NCBI GenBank assembly: GCA_964445105.1
Contig: CAYUJS010000005.1
Coordinates: forward strand, 3,791 to 67,790
Source of the DNA: an uncultured bacterium
Lineage (GTDB): Bacteria > Chlamydiota > Chlamydiia > Chlamydiales > JAJFMA01
DNA length: 64,000 nt
Direction of reading: 5' to 3'
Shown here: positions 18,099 through 28,557 of the stretch, one piece after another
How the letters are laid out: each line of letters opens with the position of its first letter
Position numbering within the stretch: the first letter of the stretch is position 1
The notes under the pieces: generated by a model
Seen by the model: the letters and a program-made list of their open reading frames with translations, nothing else
What the model was told of the DNA's origin: nothing
Database searches by the model: none
Program-made: the position numbers and the translations under genes

Positions 18099-20039
18099 AT
18101 GCACAGGCGTATGTTCATCTTTTTAGCGGCGATTTTCCTGCCTCTAATTGCCCATGCACAGCTTCCAGAGCTCGATCCTCCAAAAGTACAGACCAAAGTG
18201 CAGGAGATGCTTAAAACCCACGCGGTGCATAAAGAACTCACACCAACGCTCATGCGCCGTATCCTCACGGGGTATGTGGACCAGCTGGATCCCTCTAAAA
18301 CTTACCTCATTAAGACCGATATCGTGCGCTGGATTGCTCCAGACGATACTTTGGTACAAAAAACCTTGGATAGTTACAAAAAAGGGGATTTTTCGGCATT
18401 TGAAGCGATCAGCTCCAAAATGCAAGAGGCAGTGCTTAGACGGAGAGAGCTCGAAAAGACCATAGACAGCAAAACCTTGCCAATCAAAGTAGACCCCAAA
18501 GAATTCAAAGATTTGGAATGGGTGGAAAATTCTGAGCAGCTAGTTGATCGCCTAAAAAAACTGCGCACACTGCAGCGTGAAGTGGTGGAGAAGCTCACGC
18601 CAGAGCTCAAGGAAAAAGCGTTTGAGCGGATCGCTAAGAACCAGAACAAGCAAGAAGATAAGCTTCTGGACAAAGACCCCATTAGAATGAAGCGCCTTAT
18701 TTACTCTAATTTTTTGAAGGCCTTTGCCTCCTCATTGGATGCTCATTCGGTCTATTTTACCCCTGATGAAGCGCTGGCGTTCCTCATGGCGGTGCAGCAG
18801 CGCATGTTTGGTATCGGCGCACAGCTACGCGATGACATCAATGGCTTTACGGTGATTAAGATCATCGAAGGCGGACCAGCAGGGCGCAACGGCCAGCTGA
18901 AGGCTAAGGATCGCATCATCGCTGTCAACGGTGAGCCGGTAGTAGGCATGGACATCCAAGACGCTGTAGATTTGATACGAGGCAAAGAAGGTACCACCGT
19001 GCAACTTAAAGTTGTACGCGAGATAGAGGTCGCTGAGGATAGGCCTAAGAAACAGCAGGTCCTTGACCTAGTCGTTCCGCGCGGCGAAGTAGTCTTGAAG
19101 GACACACGCTACGAAAGCAACGTGGAACCCTATGGCAATGGGGTGATTGCCTATTTGCGCCTGCACACTTTTTACCAAGATCCCGAATTTTCCTCCGCCT
19201 CTGACCTAACGAAAGAGTTGAACAAATTAAAGGCCAAGTACCAGATCAAGGGCGTGGTGCTTGATTTACGCTCCAACACTGGCGGCCTTTTGGCCCAAGC
19301 TGTTGATGTGGCTGGTCTATTCATCACCAAAGGGGTAGTTGTCTCTATCAAAGACGAGCATGGGCGCGTGCAGCATCTGCGCGATCTAGATGGAAAGACC
19401 ATCTGGGATGGCCCTCTGATCGTATTGACGAACAAGGGCAGTGCCTCAGCCTCAGAGATTGTGGCGCAATCTCTACAGGATTATGGCCGCGCGATCGTGG
19501 TGGGCGACCCTCACACATATGGCAAGGGCTCTTTTCAGACCTTCACGCTCAATGCCACTTCAGAAGGCGATGTCAACAAGGAAGGCGAATACACGGTCAC
19601 GCGTGGGCGTTACTACACCGTTTCAGGCAAGACGCCACAGCTTAAAGGCGTCAAGGCTGACATTGTCGTACCAGGCGCTTTGTCGCGGTTAGACATTGGC
19701 GAAGACCAGCTCAAGTACCCCTTGGACCAGGATTCTATCCCGCCAAATTTTGACGACCAGCTCGCAGATGTATCTATCTTGCAGCGAGAAAATGTGCGCA
19801 AACTGTATAAATTTGATCTCCAGCCTAAGTTGGATATCTACGCCAAATACATAGACCAGCTACATAAAAATTCGGAGCTGCGAATCGCCCAAAATAAGAG
19901 CTACCAAGCGTTCTTGAAGGAGCTAGACAAAAAGGATAAAGAGATCGAAGAAGAATCTTTTGAATCGTTTGGACAGAATGACCTGCAATTAATCGAGACT
20001 TATAATATTATGAAAGACCTCGTTTACCTCATGCAATAA
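18099..20039 (+). CDS. tsp: Tail-specific (C-terminal processing) protease, S41 family with PDZ domain
   Basis: The start at ATG 18099 follows GGAGAGG. It has a signal peptide (MHRRMFIFLAAIFLPLIAHA), a PDZ domain (GIGAQL..GFTVIKIIEGGPAGRNGQLKAKDRIIAVNGEPV) and the catalytic motifs GSASASEI and TYGKGSFQ. Confidence 0.85.
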   Translation: MHRRMFIFLAAIFLPLIAHAQLPELDPPKVQTKVQEMLKTHAVHKELTPTLMRRILTGYVDQLDPSKTYLIKTDIVRWIAPDDTLVQKTLDSYKKGDFSAFEAISSKMQEAVLRRRELEKTIDSKTLPIKVDPKEFKDLEWVENSEQLVDRLKKLRTLQREVVEKLTPELKEKAFERIAKNQNKQEDKLLDKDPIRMKRLIYSNFLKAFASSLDAHSVYFTPDEALAFLMAVQQRMFGIGAQLRDDINGFTVIKIIEGGPAGRNGQLKAKDRIIAVNGEPVVGMDIQDAVDLIRGKEGTTVQLKVVREIEVAEDRPKKQQVLDLVVPRGEVVLKDTRYESNVEPYGNGVIAYLRLHTFYQDPEFSSASDLTKELNKLKAKYQIKGVVLDLRSNTGGLLAQAVDVAGLFITKGVVVSIKDEHGRVQHLRDLDGKTIWDGPLIVLTNKGSASASEIVAQSLQDYGRAIVVGDPHTYGKGSFQTFTLNATSEGDVNKEGEYTVTRGRYYTVSGKTPQLKGVKADIVVPGALSRLDIGEDQLKYPLDQDSIPPNFDDQLADVSILQRENVRKLYKFDLQPKLDIYAKYIDQLHKNSELRIAQNKSYQAFLKELDKKDKEIEEESFESFGQNDLQLIETYNIMKDLVYLMQ

Positions 20040-20055
20040 TCAGGACTGAAAACAC

Positions 20056-21561
20056 ATGACTGTTCGCGTACGCATCGCTCCATCACCTACGGGAGACCCC
20101 CATGTAGGGACGGCTTATATGGCTCTATTCAACCTTATCTTTGCTCGGCATAATCAGGGGAAATTTATCCTTCGTATTGAGGATACTGACCAAAAGCGCA
20201 GCCGGCCAGAATATGAAAAAAGTATTTTTGATGCGCTAAACTGGACAGGTATTACGTGGGATGAAGGGCCCGATGTGGGCGGTCCCTATGGTCCGTATCG
20301 CCAGTCAGAAAGAACCGAAATTTATCGAGAGCATTGCCAGAAGTTGTTAGACGAAGGTAAGGCCTACAAATGCTTTGCCACGTCGGAAGAGCTGGAAGAG
20401 ATGCGCGAGCTGATGCGCGCGCGCGGTGACAAAATCGGCTATGATCGCCGCTATCGCAATTTGAGCGCAGAAGAGGTCGCTGCACGCGAAGCCGCTGGAC
20501 AACCCTACGTCGTCCGCTTAAAGGTGCCGCTGCGCGGAGAATGCGTGTACGAAGATGCCATCAAGGGCCGCGTTGTTGTGCCTTGGGCGGATGTAGACGA
20601 TCAAGTCCTTATGAAATCGGACCATTACCCTACCTATCATTTGGCCAACGTGGTCGATGACCACCTGATGCAGATTTCGCATGTCATCCGTGGAGATGAG
20701 TGGATGAGCTCCACACCCAAGCACGTGCTCCTTTACGAGGTGTTTGGCTGGCAGCCCCCAGTATTCATGCATATGCCTCTATTGCTCGGCATCGACGGGA
20801 AAAAGCTTTCCAAACGAAAAAATCCCACCTCTATTTTCTACTACCGAGACTGTGGGTACCTTCCAGAGGCGTTTGTGAACTTCCTTACCCTCATGGGCTA
20901 TAGCATGACCGGAGACCGGGAAATTTATCCTCTACAGGAGATCGTCAGCGAGTTCGATCAGAGGCGCATCGGGGTTTCTGGTGCCGTCTTCGACGTCAAT
21001 AAATTAAACTGGTTGAATCAGCAGTATCTTATGCAAAATATCCCTGTAGATAGACTGTGGGAGCGTTTGCGCGACTGGTGTTTTCCAGAAGAAAAAATGC
21101 GTCAAATCATGCCTTTGATCCATACGCGTATCCAGACGTTCGGTGAGTTTATGGATCTGTGCGATTTCCTGTTTGTAGGTAGCCTCACCTATACGCCCGA
21201 GCTGTTCAACGTCAAAGGCATCACCTCAGAACAGGCCGCGTTGCTACTGCAAGCTATGATTTGGCATATGGATGAGGCAGAAGATTGGGGGCGAACGGGT
21301 ATAGAAGCCGCTTCGCGTGCCGTTGCCGAGGCTTTTGGTGCGAACCACAAAAAAATCATCATGCCCCTACTTTTCGCTAGCATCATGGGCAAACGCTTTG
21401 GTCCACCACTTTTTGACTCTGTAGGTGTTCTAGGTAAGTTTTTGACCCGAGCCCGGCTTATGGCGGCGATCAATTTTCTTGGCGGCGTCTCCAAAAAAAT
21501 GAACGACGAGCTGAAAAAAGCTTGGCAGTCAAAAAACGGTGCACATCTAATCGTAAAATGA
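20056..21561 (+). CDS. gltX: Glutamate--tRNA ligase
   Basis: It has [24 protein letters not shown] (HIGH-type motif) and KLSKRK (KMSKS-type motif). It is 501 aa long. Confidence 0.9.
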   Translation: MTVRVRIAPSPTGDPHVGTAYMALFNLIFARHNQGKFILRIEDTDQKRSRPEYEKSIFDALNWTGITWDEGPDVGGPYGPYRQSERTEIYREHCQKLLDEGKAYKCFATSEELEEMRELMRARGDKIGYDRRYRNLSAEEVAAREAAGQPYVVRLKVPLRGECVYEDAIKGRVVVPWADVDDQVLMKSDHYPTYHLANVVDDHLMQISHVIRGDEWMSSTPKHVLLYEVFGWQPPVFMHMPLLLGIDGKKLSKRKNPTSIFYYRDCGYLPEAFVNFLTLMGYSMTGDREIYPLQEIVSEFDQRRIGVSGAVFDVNKLNWLNQQYLMQNIPVDRLWERLRDWCFPEEKMRQIMPLIHTRIQTFGEFMDLCDFLFVGSLTYTPELFNVKGITSEQAALLLQAMIWHMDEAEDWGRTGIEAASRAVAEAFGANHKKIIMPLLFASIMGKRFGPPLFDSVGVLGKFLTRARLMAAINFLGGVSKKMNDELKKAWQSKNGAHLIVK

Positions 21562-21708
21562 GATTTGCGATAAGGGCTCGCACCGTGAAAACAGCCCACG
21601 GCATTACTCTGGGTGGCCGATGAGCTTGTTTTACAGGTTAAAGGATGAAATTATAAATTTCTATAAGAGAGCGCCTCTCCACGCACTATGAGTGGGTATA
21701 CAATCCTG

Positions 21709-23253
21709 TCAATTTTCGTCGCAAGGATCAATGTGCGTATTTACTACCAAAACTACGATATCATCCTCACACGCGTTAATGATGGCAAAATTCCGTAGAT
21801 ATTCGGCTTGCTCCAAGGTGGAAAGACCGGAGAGGCTAGACAAAAGCTCTGCAGCTTGTCCACAAGTTACCACATCCCAGAAGCCATCGGAGGCAATGAT
21901 GAATTTGTCTCCGTCTGCTACAGAAATGCTGGTAATTTTAGGTCTGGGCGTGACCAGACAAGAGCCCGTTAGCCCAATGTCGCGTGCGCACTGTAAGCCA
22001 AGGATTCTTGGATTGCGTGCGTCTTCAAGTTGATTGCGGATACCGTCTATTTCGAAAGGCCCCGGCTCAACCCCTTCTATTAACGCTTTAGCCTCTTTCC
22101 AAACTTTGAGTGCGCTTTTTTGAAAGCGCTCTTGGCTGGTCTTAGCATCTTCCGACAATTGAATGACTGTTCTTCCTTTGGCGGGCCCCTCATTGCAGGG
22201 CACCTGCTTAACGACCATCGCTCTGCAGTCGCCTACGTTGGCGGTGTAGGCCCGGTTTTCGATCACGAGCACGAAATTGATGGCTGTCCCGCATTTGTGG
22301 TTTTTGCGGCGAAACTCAACGTCAAGCGTCACACACGCCTCGCAGAGGGTGTTGGCAATCAGTTCTGGCGCTAAAGGTTCCTCGCCTGCGCGTTCAAAAA
22401 GTGATGTCAGTAGCACAGGAAGCCGGTCTTTTACAAATTGGGCTGCCTGGAGGCCCAGAGGTTTTGCGGAGCTATGTCCGTCAAACACCCCGTAAAGCGT
22501 AGCTGGGACGCCCGCGCCCAAAGGGATCAGCAGTTCTGCAACCAGGTAGGAGTCTTCCATCTTGTCCTGACCGCGACTGTTGATTTCGCGTGGCGATTCA
22601 GCTACCGCTGCATTTAGTTTAGGAAAATAAACAGATCGGTTTTGATTTGGCTTATCTCTTATGCTGTCAGCTGTGAGTGTATGATTGGAAAGGAAACTGA
22701 GGTCTAGCGGTTGTTTTTTTTCTTCGAACTTGTCTTGCTGTGCGACAGCAAAGCCCAATTGCTTATTTAGTTTGGCGTCAACCGGTCCTTTCTGCGCGTA
22801 GAGGAGGCTGTACTGCGGGGGCACGGGATCTATTAACGCCTTGTGAAGCGGTTCAGGCCATAGGTAAAGCGTTATTTTCTTAGCAACTGCCCCGCATAAT
22901 AATGCTGCGGGGAGGGTTAAAACGCTTAAGCCTCTGTCCCAGCCTTCCAAAGAGGATTCGGCCTGTACGTAGGATTCTGAATCGTACTCTTTCCTGCCGG
23001 GTTCGTACCTACCCCCCGGCTGGTCCTCGTAATCGGCTCCCCTATCGTATTGGCGGACGACGAACTCATAACGGCGGCCTCCAAAAAGCCCTCTGTAGGG
23101 GCTAAGCAACCAATCTGCAGCTTTATCTAATTGCCCCTTGCCTGGATAGATGGCCTTTGTGCTGAGCGCCGACGAAAAGCTTTCCATAGGTTGATCTCCT
23201 TGGTCTTTTGTGAACGATCCATACATGTTCCAGTATAGATGTACATAATTCAA
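21709..23253 (-). CDS. PP2C-family Ser/Thr phosphatase with a ~230-aa N-terminal extension containing one TM segment
   Basis: The C-terminal half carries PPM motifs YGVFDGHSS, VGDCRAMVV, LSEDAK, ARDIG, IIASDGFWDVV and DDIVVLVV. The N-terminal part has a hydrophobic segment (LSVLTLPAALLCGAVA). An alternative start at MESFSS is possible. Confidence 0.8.
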   Translation of the reverse strand: MNYVHLYWNMYGSFTKDQGDQPMESFSSALSTKAIYPGKGQLDKAADWLLSPYRGLFGGRRYEFVVRQYDRGADYEDQPGGRYEPGRKEYDSESYVQAESSLEGWDRGLSVLTLPAALLCGAVAKKITLYLWPEPLHKALIDPVPPQYSLLYAQKGPVDAKLNKQLGFAVAQQDKFEEKKQPLDLSFLSNHTLTADSIRDKPNQNRSVYFPKLNAAVAESPREINSRGQDKMEDSYLVAELLIPLGAGVPATLYGVFDGHSSAKPLGLQAAQFVKDRLPVLLTSLFERAGEEPLAPELIANTLCEACVTLDVEFRRKNHKCGTAINFVLVIENRAYTANVGDCRAMVVKQVPCNEGPAKGRTVIQLSEDAKTSQERFQKSALKVWKEAKALIEGVEPGPFEIDGIRNQLEDARNPRILGLQCARDIGLTGSCLVTPRPKITSISVADGDKFIIASDGFWDVVTCGQAAELLSSLSGLSTLEQAEYLRNFAIINACEDDIVVLVVNTHIDPCDEN

Positions 23254-23306
23254 GGAAAATCTAGATATTTTTAGTGGCAGTTGCTGCTCTTTCTACCTAG
23301 AAACGG

Positions 23307-23795
23307 TTATGTGTGTTTTTTGTGGCAAGCATGTTCCACTGTCACCGTCTCTGGTACATTTCCGGACAGCCAGTCCACTAAATCCATCCCCAGGCCGTAA
23401 CCTTCGGCTGCGGAGGCTGTTTTTACATAGGGCCCGGAATGATGATGGTCTTGTGCACATACCCAGAAGAAAAAGACTGTTGATAAACGCGCTAAAAAGG
23501 GGTTAAGTTTACGGCCGCTAGCTGATTCAATGATTCCATGTCCGCAGACGGCTCCTATTTCAGCAATTCTTGGAGAGTTTTGGCCACGCAATTTAAAGTA
23601 GGCACCCAGCCCTAGTCCGGCCGCTAAGCCGCCACAAAACCAGCTGATTGTCTGTCGTCGGTCGATGAACAGGCAGACAGCGACCATTGCGATGCGCGAA
23701 ATTTGGTCCATCTGTTTGGAGTTGAGATGCCTGTAATAGTAGCAATCGGTGCACTGGCAGTTGGAGGGGTGGGCGGAGGGTTGGCAAGATGACAT
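23307..23795 (-). CDS. Hypothetical Cys/His-rich membrane protein
   Basis: The 162-aa ORF has an N-terminal CQPSAHPSNCQCTDCYYYRH, two or three hydrophobic segments, and the His/Cys clusters DHHHSGP and HACHKKHT. It sits between, and is co-directional with, the ankyrin and PP2C genes. Confidence 0.45.
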   Translation of the reverse strand: MSSCQPSAHPSNCQCTDCYYYRHLNSKQMDQISRIAMVAVCLFIDRRQTISWFCGGLAAGLGLGAYFKLRGQNSPRIAEIGAVCGHGIIESASGRKLNPFLARLSTVFFFWVCAQDHHHSGPYVKTASAAEGYGLGMDLVDWLSGNVPETVTVEHACHKKHT

Positions 23796-23822
23796 TACGA
23801 AGATCCTTGATTTGAGGGCTCC

Positions 23823-25007
23823 CTACAGATGGGCGCCGTTATCGATGAGATAGCGGATGACTTGTTCTTTTCCACTAAGAATAGCTCCTCCGAGAGGAGG
23901 AGGGGTAGCATTTACCTTGGCGCCTTTTTCGACCAGTATTTTGACGGCCTCGTAGTTGCCGTGCTGAGCTGCCACATAGAGTGGCGTACGGTTCTCTCCA
24001 TCGTTAGCTTCCATTTTGGCGCCGCGTTTGATGAGCAGTTCGAGGGTAGCGGCGTTCCCGATTTCCGCTGCTCTATGTAGGGGCGTGTCGCCGGTTTCGG
24101 TGACAAAGTTCACCTGGGCGCCCTGTGTAAGCAGGAGATTGACCACTTCGGTATTTTTGGAAGTTGTGCCAATCGCATGGTAGATGGCGCGTTTGCCTTC
24201 CCCGTCCTTGGCGTTGACGCTGGCGCCGTAAGTGAGAAGCATATCCACCACATCTTTCTGTGCGGATTCGGCGGCATAATCCAGTGGGCTTCTGCCTGTT
24301 GAAGGAGACTCTTCGTTCACATCTGCACCTGACAGTACTAGCACGCCTACCATGCCGTAGTATCCTTTCTGAGCTGCGAGCATGAGGGGAGACAGGCCGT
24401 CTCGGTTGGCGATATCCAATCTAGCGCCCGCCAAAGCGAGCTTGCCCGCTTCTTCTGGTTTGCTATTCTGAAGAGCCACAAAAAGCGGCGTATCGCCCTC
24501 TTTGTTGATCGCTTCTAAGCTAACATTTTTTTTCAGAAACTCATCGATGAAGAGGGGCTGATGATGCTTGAGCGCGATCATAATTGGCGAGTTGCCATTC
24601 TTATCTTCTTTCTCCGGAGAGGCGCCTGCATCGAGCAGTAAGCGGGCCACGTCGGTCAGTCCGAGGCAAAGGGCTTCGATCAGTGGCGTTTGCCCATTGG
24701 AACCGACCGCGTTGATGTCGGCACGCGCTTTGATTAGAGTTTGAACCATCAAGAAACCAACCGGATCTTTTTGTGCCATTTCGATGGCTAGCTCCATGGC
24801 CGTGGCGCCATTAGAGGCGCGACTGCTAGGATCGATGCCTGTCACTAAAACCCGTTGTACCTGATCCAAACGCTTATTGACGATGGCCTGATGTAGAGGG
24901 GACCCACGAAGCTGCGCAGGCGATTCTTTCTGCGGGGCAGAAAAGACATCTGCATAGCACACAGCCAAACAATAGAGAGAAATAAAGAACAGAAGGCGTA
25001 TCAGCAT
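23823..25007 (-). CDS. Secreted ankyrin-repeat protein (~10 repeats)
   Basis: It has a Sec-type signal peptide (MLIRLLFFISLYCLAVCYA). Repeats of about 33 aa with G.TPL..A...G....V..LL..GA..N recur throughout. Confidence 0.85.
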   Translation of the reverse strand: MLIRLLFFISLYCLAVCYADVFSAPQKESPAQLRGSPLHQAIVNKRLDQVQRVLVTGIDPSSRASNGATAMELAIEMAQKDPVGFLMVQTLIKARADINAVGSNGQTPLIEALCLGLTDVARLLLDAGASPEKEDKNGNSPIMIALKHHQPLFIDEFLKKNVSLEAINKEGDTPLFVALQNSKPEEAGKLALAGARLDIANRDGLSPLMLAAQKGYYGMVGVLVLSGADVNEESPSTGRSPLDYAAESAQKDVVDMLLTYGASVNAKDGEGKRAIYHAIGTTSKNTEVVNLLLTQGAQVNFVTETGDTPLHRAAEIGNAATLELLIKRGAKMEANDGENRTPLYVAAQHGNYEAVKILVEKGAKVNATPPPLGGAILSGKEQVIRYLIDNGAHL

Positions 25008-25060
25008 GCCTTTGATTTTACAGAGATATATATTATTCTCCTAGCAAGAGGTGAATCGCG

Positions 25061-25804
25061 ATGCAAAGAAAAAGCAAATTCGGCGTCGATTGGCTAGAGT
25101 TTGACCATCTGCAGGGACTGTGTCACGGTGTCATGCTGCGCAGGGGCGGTGTAAGTTTAGGCTCACGCGCGGCCCTCAATTTAGGATTTGAAGGCGATGT
25201 CGAAGAACATGTGTGTGAAAATCTAAAACGTGTTCAACAATGCCTCCAGATGGAGTCTATTCACTATCCGACCAAACAGTTGCATGGCATTAACATCGTG
25301 GAGGTTTGTGTCAAAAGTTTTGTGGAGTTGCCAAACTGCGATGCCTTGATGACTTGCGAGCCTGGCGTCCCCTTGATGGTGAGGCATGCCGATTGCCAAG
25401 CGGCCATTTTTTTTGATCCTATCAAAGCGGTGCTGGCAGTGGCCCACTGCGGTTGGCGCGGCAGCGTACAGAATATTTACAGCAAAGTAGTAGAGGCCAT
25501 GGAGGCGAAACATAACTGCCGTCCAAAAGACCTTTTGGTTGGTATCTCCCCGAGTTTAGGGCCTCAAGCCGCGGAGTTTGTCAACTACCGTCGTGAGCTG
25601 CCAGAATCATTTTGGCAGTATCAGGCCGCGCCCAATTATTTTGATTTTTGGGCGATCAGTCAGAACCAACTACAGGCTTGTGGGATAAAAGAAGAAAACA
25701 TCGAAATCGCCCGCATTTGCACCTACGCAGATACTGAAAATTACTTTTCTTATAGACGTCACAAACAGACTGGCCGACACGGTACGGTTGCCTGCATGCG
25801 CTGA
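25061..25804 (+). CDS. pgeF: PgeF/YfiH (DUF152, laccase-domain) purine nucleoside phosphorylase family protein
   Basis: It has QLHGINIVEV, CDALMT, VRHADCQAIFFDP and VAHCGWRGS motifs. It is 247 aa long. Confidence 0.8.
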   Translation: MQRKSKFGVDWLEFDHLQGLCHGVMLRRGGVSLGSRAALNLGFEGDVEEHVCENLKRVQQCLQMESIHYPTKQLHGINIVEVCVKSFVELPNCDALMTCEPGVPLMVRHADCQAAIFFDPIKAVLAVAHCGWRGSVQNIYSKVVEAMEAKHNCRPKDLLVGISPSLGPQAAEFVNYRRELPESFWQYQAAPNYFDFWAISQNQLQACGIKEENIEIARICTYADTENYFSYRRHKQTGRHGTVACMR

Positions 25805-25810
25805 GTAATG

Positions 25811-27358
25811 TCAGTGACTAGCTGGTATGCCCGCTGGGGCGCGCACGAGTTTTTTACACAGAAATGGCACGGGGACCATCAAGAGGAAAATCCAAGCGGC
25901 TAACCAAGATAGGTCGTTTGTGGATAGCACGTACGCCTGCGTTTCTAGAGTGTTCTCTAGCAATTGGTCGATTGCAGGAGTCGTTACAAAGGCATGCCTT
26001 TTAGACAAGGTATGGTAGGTTTCTATTGTTTGCGGACTAAAAATGGTTACGGCCTCACTTAAGCGGCTATGATGGAAAATAGCCAGCCGGTTCCAAAGAT
26101 ATACAGAGAGGGAGGTCCCAAACCCACTGCCGACGAGAATACGGATAAAATTGAACAGCCCAGAAGCACTTGCCATTCTCGCAGGGGGCACTTCCCCCAT
26201 AGAAATTTGTATGAGGGGGATAAAAAAGATAGCCACCCCCAGGCCTTGGATAAGACGTGAAAACATAATCACTTGCAAGCTGACCTGTGGAGTGAAATTA
26301 GACTGGTAAAAGAAGGCCATCGAAAAAAGAAAGAAGGAGAGCGACGATACTATCCTCAGATCAAATCTAAAGAGGTTTTTGCCGATCCAGGGGGAGAAAA
26401 GCACCGGGAAGATACCAACTGGTGCCACTGCCACCCCCGCCCAATAGGCGTCGTAGTTCATCTGCGTTTGCAGCCACAGAGGGACCGTGACCGTACTGCC
26501 AAAGTAGATCAGATAGCCGACCGTTGCCACTAGGGTACCAAACGCAAAGTTTCGGTTTTTGAAGAATGAGAAGTCGACGATCGGAAATTTTTCGTAATGG
26601 TTCCAGACAAGGAAATAAGAAATACAGATCGCGGAGACTACGCCAAGAATGCAAATCGTGCTGGATTCAAACCAGTCGAGGTCTTGACCTTTATCCAGCA
26701 TGACCTGTAAGCAGGCCACACCAGCGGCCAAAAGGAACAGACCTACCCAATCGATGGGGTGACGAGTAATTTCTGATTCGCGATCCTTCAGCATATTCCA
26801 TGTAATCAATGCGGAGAATAGGCCTAGGGGAACGTTAATGTAAAAAATCCACGGCCAAGAATAAGTTTCCGTTAAGTATCCGCCTAAAATGGGCCCGATG
26901 ATAGGGGCGACAATGACCACCATGCCCCAAAAGCCTAAAGCGGCTCCCTGCTTATCTGGGGGATTATTGGCCAACAAAAGGCTTTGAGAGAGCGGAATTA
27001 AACTGCCTGCAACTGCGCCCTGCAGCACTCTCAGCGCGATCAGCATGTTGAGATTTTGTGATAATCCGCAGAGGAGCGAAGTAAAGGCAAAAAGGATGAT
27101 CGACCAGCAAAACAGTTTAACCCGGCCAAAATAATCGGAGAGCCATCCTGTCAGCGGTAAGATGATAGCGTTGCTAGCAGAAAACGAAGTAATGACCCAA
27201 GTGCCCTCGTCCGCACTGACAGACATGCTGCCAGCTATATACGGGATGGCTACGTTAGCAATCGAGCTATCCAAAATTTGAATGAATGTACCTAATCCTA
27301 GAGCTATGTTGAGAAGAAAAAGTGTCCGGCTCTTGTAAAACCCTTTAGACTCTTTCAT
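25811..27358 (-). CDS. emrB: MFS DHA2 (EmrB/QacA-type, 14-TMS) drug efflux transporter
   Basis: The 515-aa polytopic ORF starts LDSSIANVAIPYIAGS and has GWLSDYFGRVK (MFS motif A-like). It has a 4-nt overlap with the upstream HlyD-family gene. Confidence 0.8.
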   Translation of the reverse strand: MKESKGFYKSRTLFLLNIALGLGTFIQILDSSIANVAIPYIAGSMSVSADEGTWVITSFSASNAIILPLTGWLSDYFGRVKLFCWSIILFAFTSLLCGLSQNLNMLIALRVLQGAVAGSLIPLSQSLLLANNPPDKQGAALGFWGMVVIVAPIIGPILGGYLTETYSWPWIFYINVPLGLFSALITWNMLKDRESEITRHPIDWVGLFLLAAGVACLQVMLDKGQDLDWFESSTICILGVVSAICISYFLVWNHYEKFPIVDFSFFKNRNFAFGTLVATVGYLIYFGSTVTVPLWLQTQMNYDAYWAGVAVAPVGIFPVLFSPWIGKNLFRFDLRIVSSLSFFLFSMAFFYQSNFTPQVSLQVIMFSRLIQGLGVAIFFIPLIQISMGEVPPARMASASGLFNFIRILVGSGFGTSLSVYLWNRLAIFHHSRLSEAVTIFSPQTIETYHTLSKRHAFVTTPAIDQLLENTLETQAYVLSTNDLSWLAAWIFLLMVPVPFLCKKLVRAPAGIPASH

Positions 27359-28557
27359 GGGCCGACAGGGGCCAAGTTGTCCTGGAGGATTTTTTCCATA
27401 AGCGCGTCGACTTCGTTCATGGACAATTCAAAGACACTTGTAGTAGCGACAGCTTCAGTAGAGGGGGATTGGGCTACTATAGGTAAATTAGTTTCTGCAA
27501 CATTGACATCCACCTTAGCTGAGAGGCCTAAACGGAGCGGATGCTGTTTTATCTGCTCAGGGTCTAGCCCGATGCGCACGGGGACACGTTGTACAATTTT
27601 GATCCAATTGCCTGTGGCGTTCTGAGGCGGAATAAGGGAAAAGACGCTACCCGTGCCGAAACCGATACCTATCACTTTTCCGTTGTATTTAACTTCCCTG
27701 CCATAAATGTCAAAGGTGACGACAGCAGGTTGCCCGATGCGCATATTGGTAAGCTCGGTTTCTTTATAGTTGGCATCTACCCACATATGTGTCAGCGGGA
27801 TTACCGCCATGAGAGCATTATTCGGGGAAGCCCACTGGCCAAGTTGCACAGCCAGTTGTGCAACGTAGCCTGTGGTGGGTGCATAAATAGAACAGTGCTT
27901 TAGACGATAGAAAGCATCTCGCACTACAGCCCTTTGCGTGGTGATGAGTGGGTGCTGCTCAATTGTAGTGTTTCCAGCCGCGTCTTGCGCGATTTTGAGT
28001 TGATACTGTGCCTGCTCTAGTTGCTTTCTAGCGCCCACCAAGTCATCTTTCGTCCGGTTGAACTCTTGCTCAGAGATACCCCCAGTTCCTTCTAAGCGGG
28101 AGCGCTGGTCATAGTTGAATTGCGCCGTAGCGAGCTGCGCCTGTTTGACACCCACATTTGCTTCGCTTTCGTGAACACTATTGTACAATTGCCTTACCTG
28201 CAGAATAGTTGCGGCCAATCCACGGAGCTCCTTGTCATAGGCCACTTGGTAAGCGGTGGGGTCAAGTTGGATCAGTAGCTGTCCTTCCTTGACCAGATCT
28301 GTGTTGTCTGCAAAAAAAGCGATAGGCGTACCAGGAATCACCGAGGTGATGACGATCATATCCCCATTGACGTAAGCATCGTCTGTCGTTTGATGGTACT
28401 TTAGGTAGCAAAACCAAAAGGTAAACCAGCTCAAGCCGATCAACACCAAGCCCAGCGTGAGATAGATCACCATCTTGCTACGCTGGTGCTGCTCTTTATC
28501 GCCTTTGCTTGCCAGCTGCTGAAGGGCAGAGCTAGAATCCTTCTGTATGTCGGGCAT
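27355..28557 (-). CDS. emrA: HlyD/EmrA-family membrane fusion protein
   Basis: It has a single N-terminal TM, TDDAYVNGDMIVITSVIPGTP, a coiled-coil middle and a beta-barrel C-terminus. It is 400 aa long. Confidence 0.75.
   Translation of the reverse strand: MPDIQKDSSSALQQLASKGDKEQHQRSKMVIYLTLGLVLIGLSWFTFWFCYLKYHQTTDDAYVNGDMIVITSVIPGTPIAFFADNTDLVKEGQLLIQLDPTAYQVAYDKELRGLAATILQVRQLYNSVHESEANVGVKQAQLATAQFNYDQRSRLEGTGGISEQEFNRTKDDLVGARKQLEQAQYQLKIAQDAAGNTTIEQHPLITTQRAVVRDAFYRLKHCSIYAPTTGYVAQLAVQLGQWASPNNALMAVIPLTHMWVDANYKETELTNMRIGQPAVVTFDIYGREVKYNGKVIGIGFGTGSVFSLIPPQNATGNWIKIVQRVPVRIGLDPEQIKQHPLRLGLSAKVDVNVAETNLPIVAQSPSTEAVATTSVFELSMNEVDALMEKILQDNLAPVGP

Noticed and set aside
17873-18268. A 131-codon minus-strand ORF spans the euo-like/tsp intergenic region and the 5' end of tsp.
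   Set aside because: It overlaps the well-supported tsp start and signal peptide, runs through the AT-rich promoter region, and has no recognisable motif.
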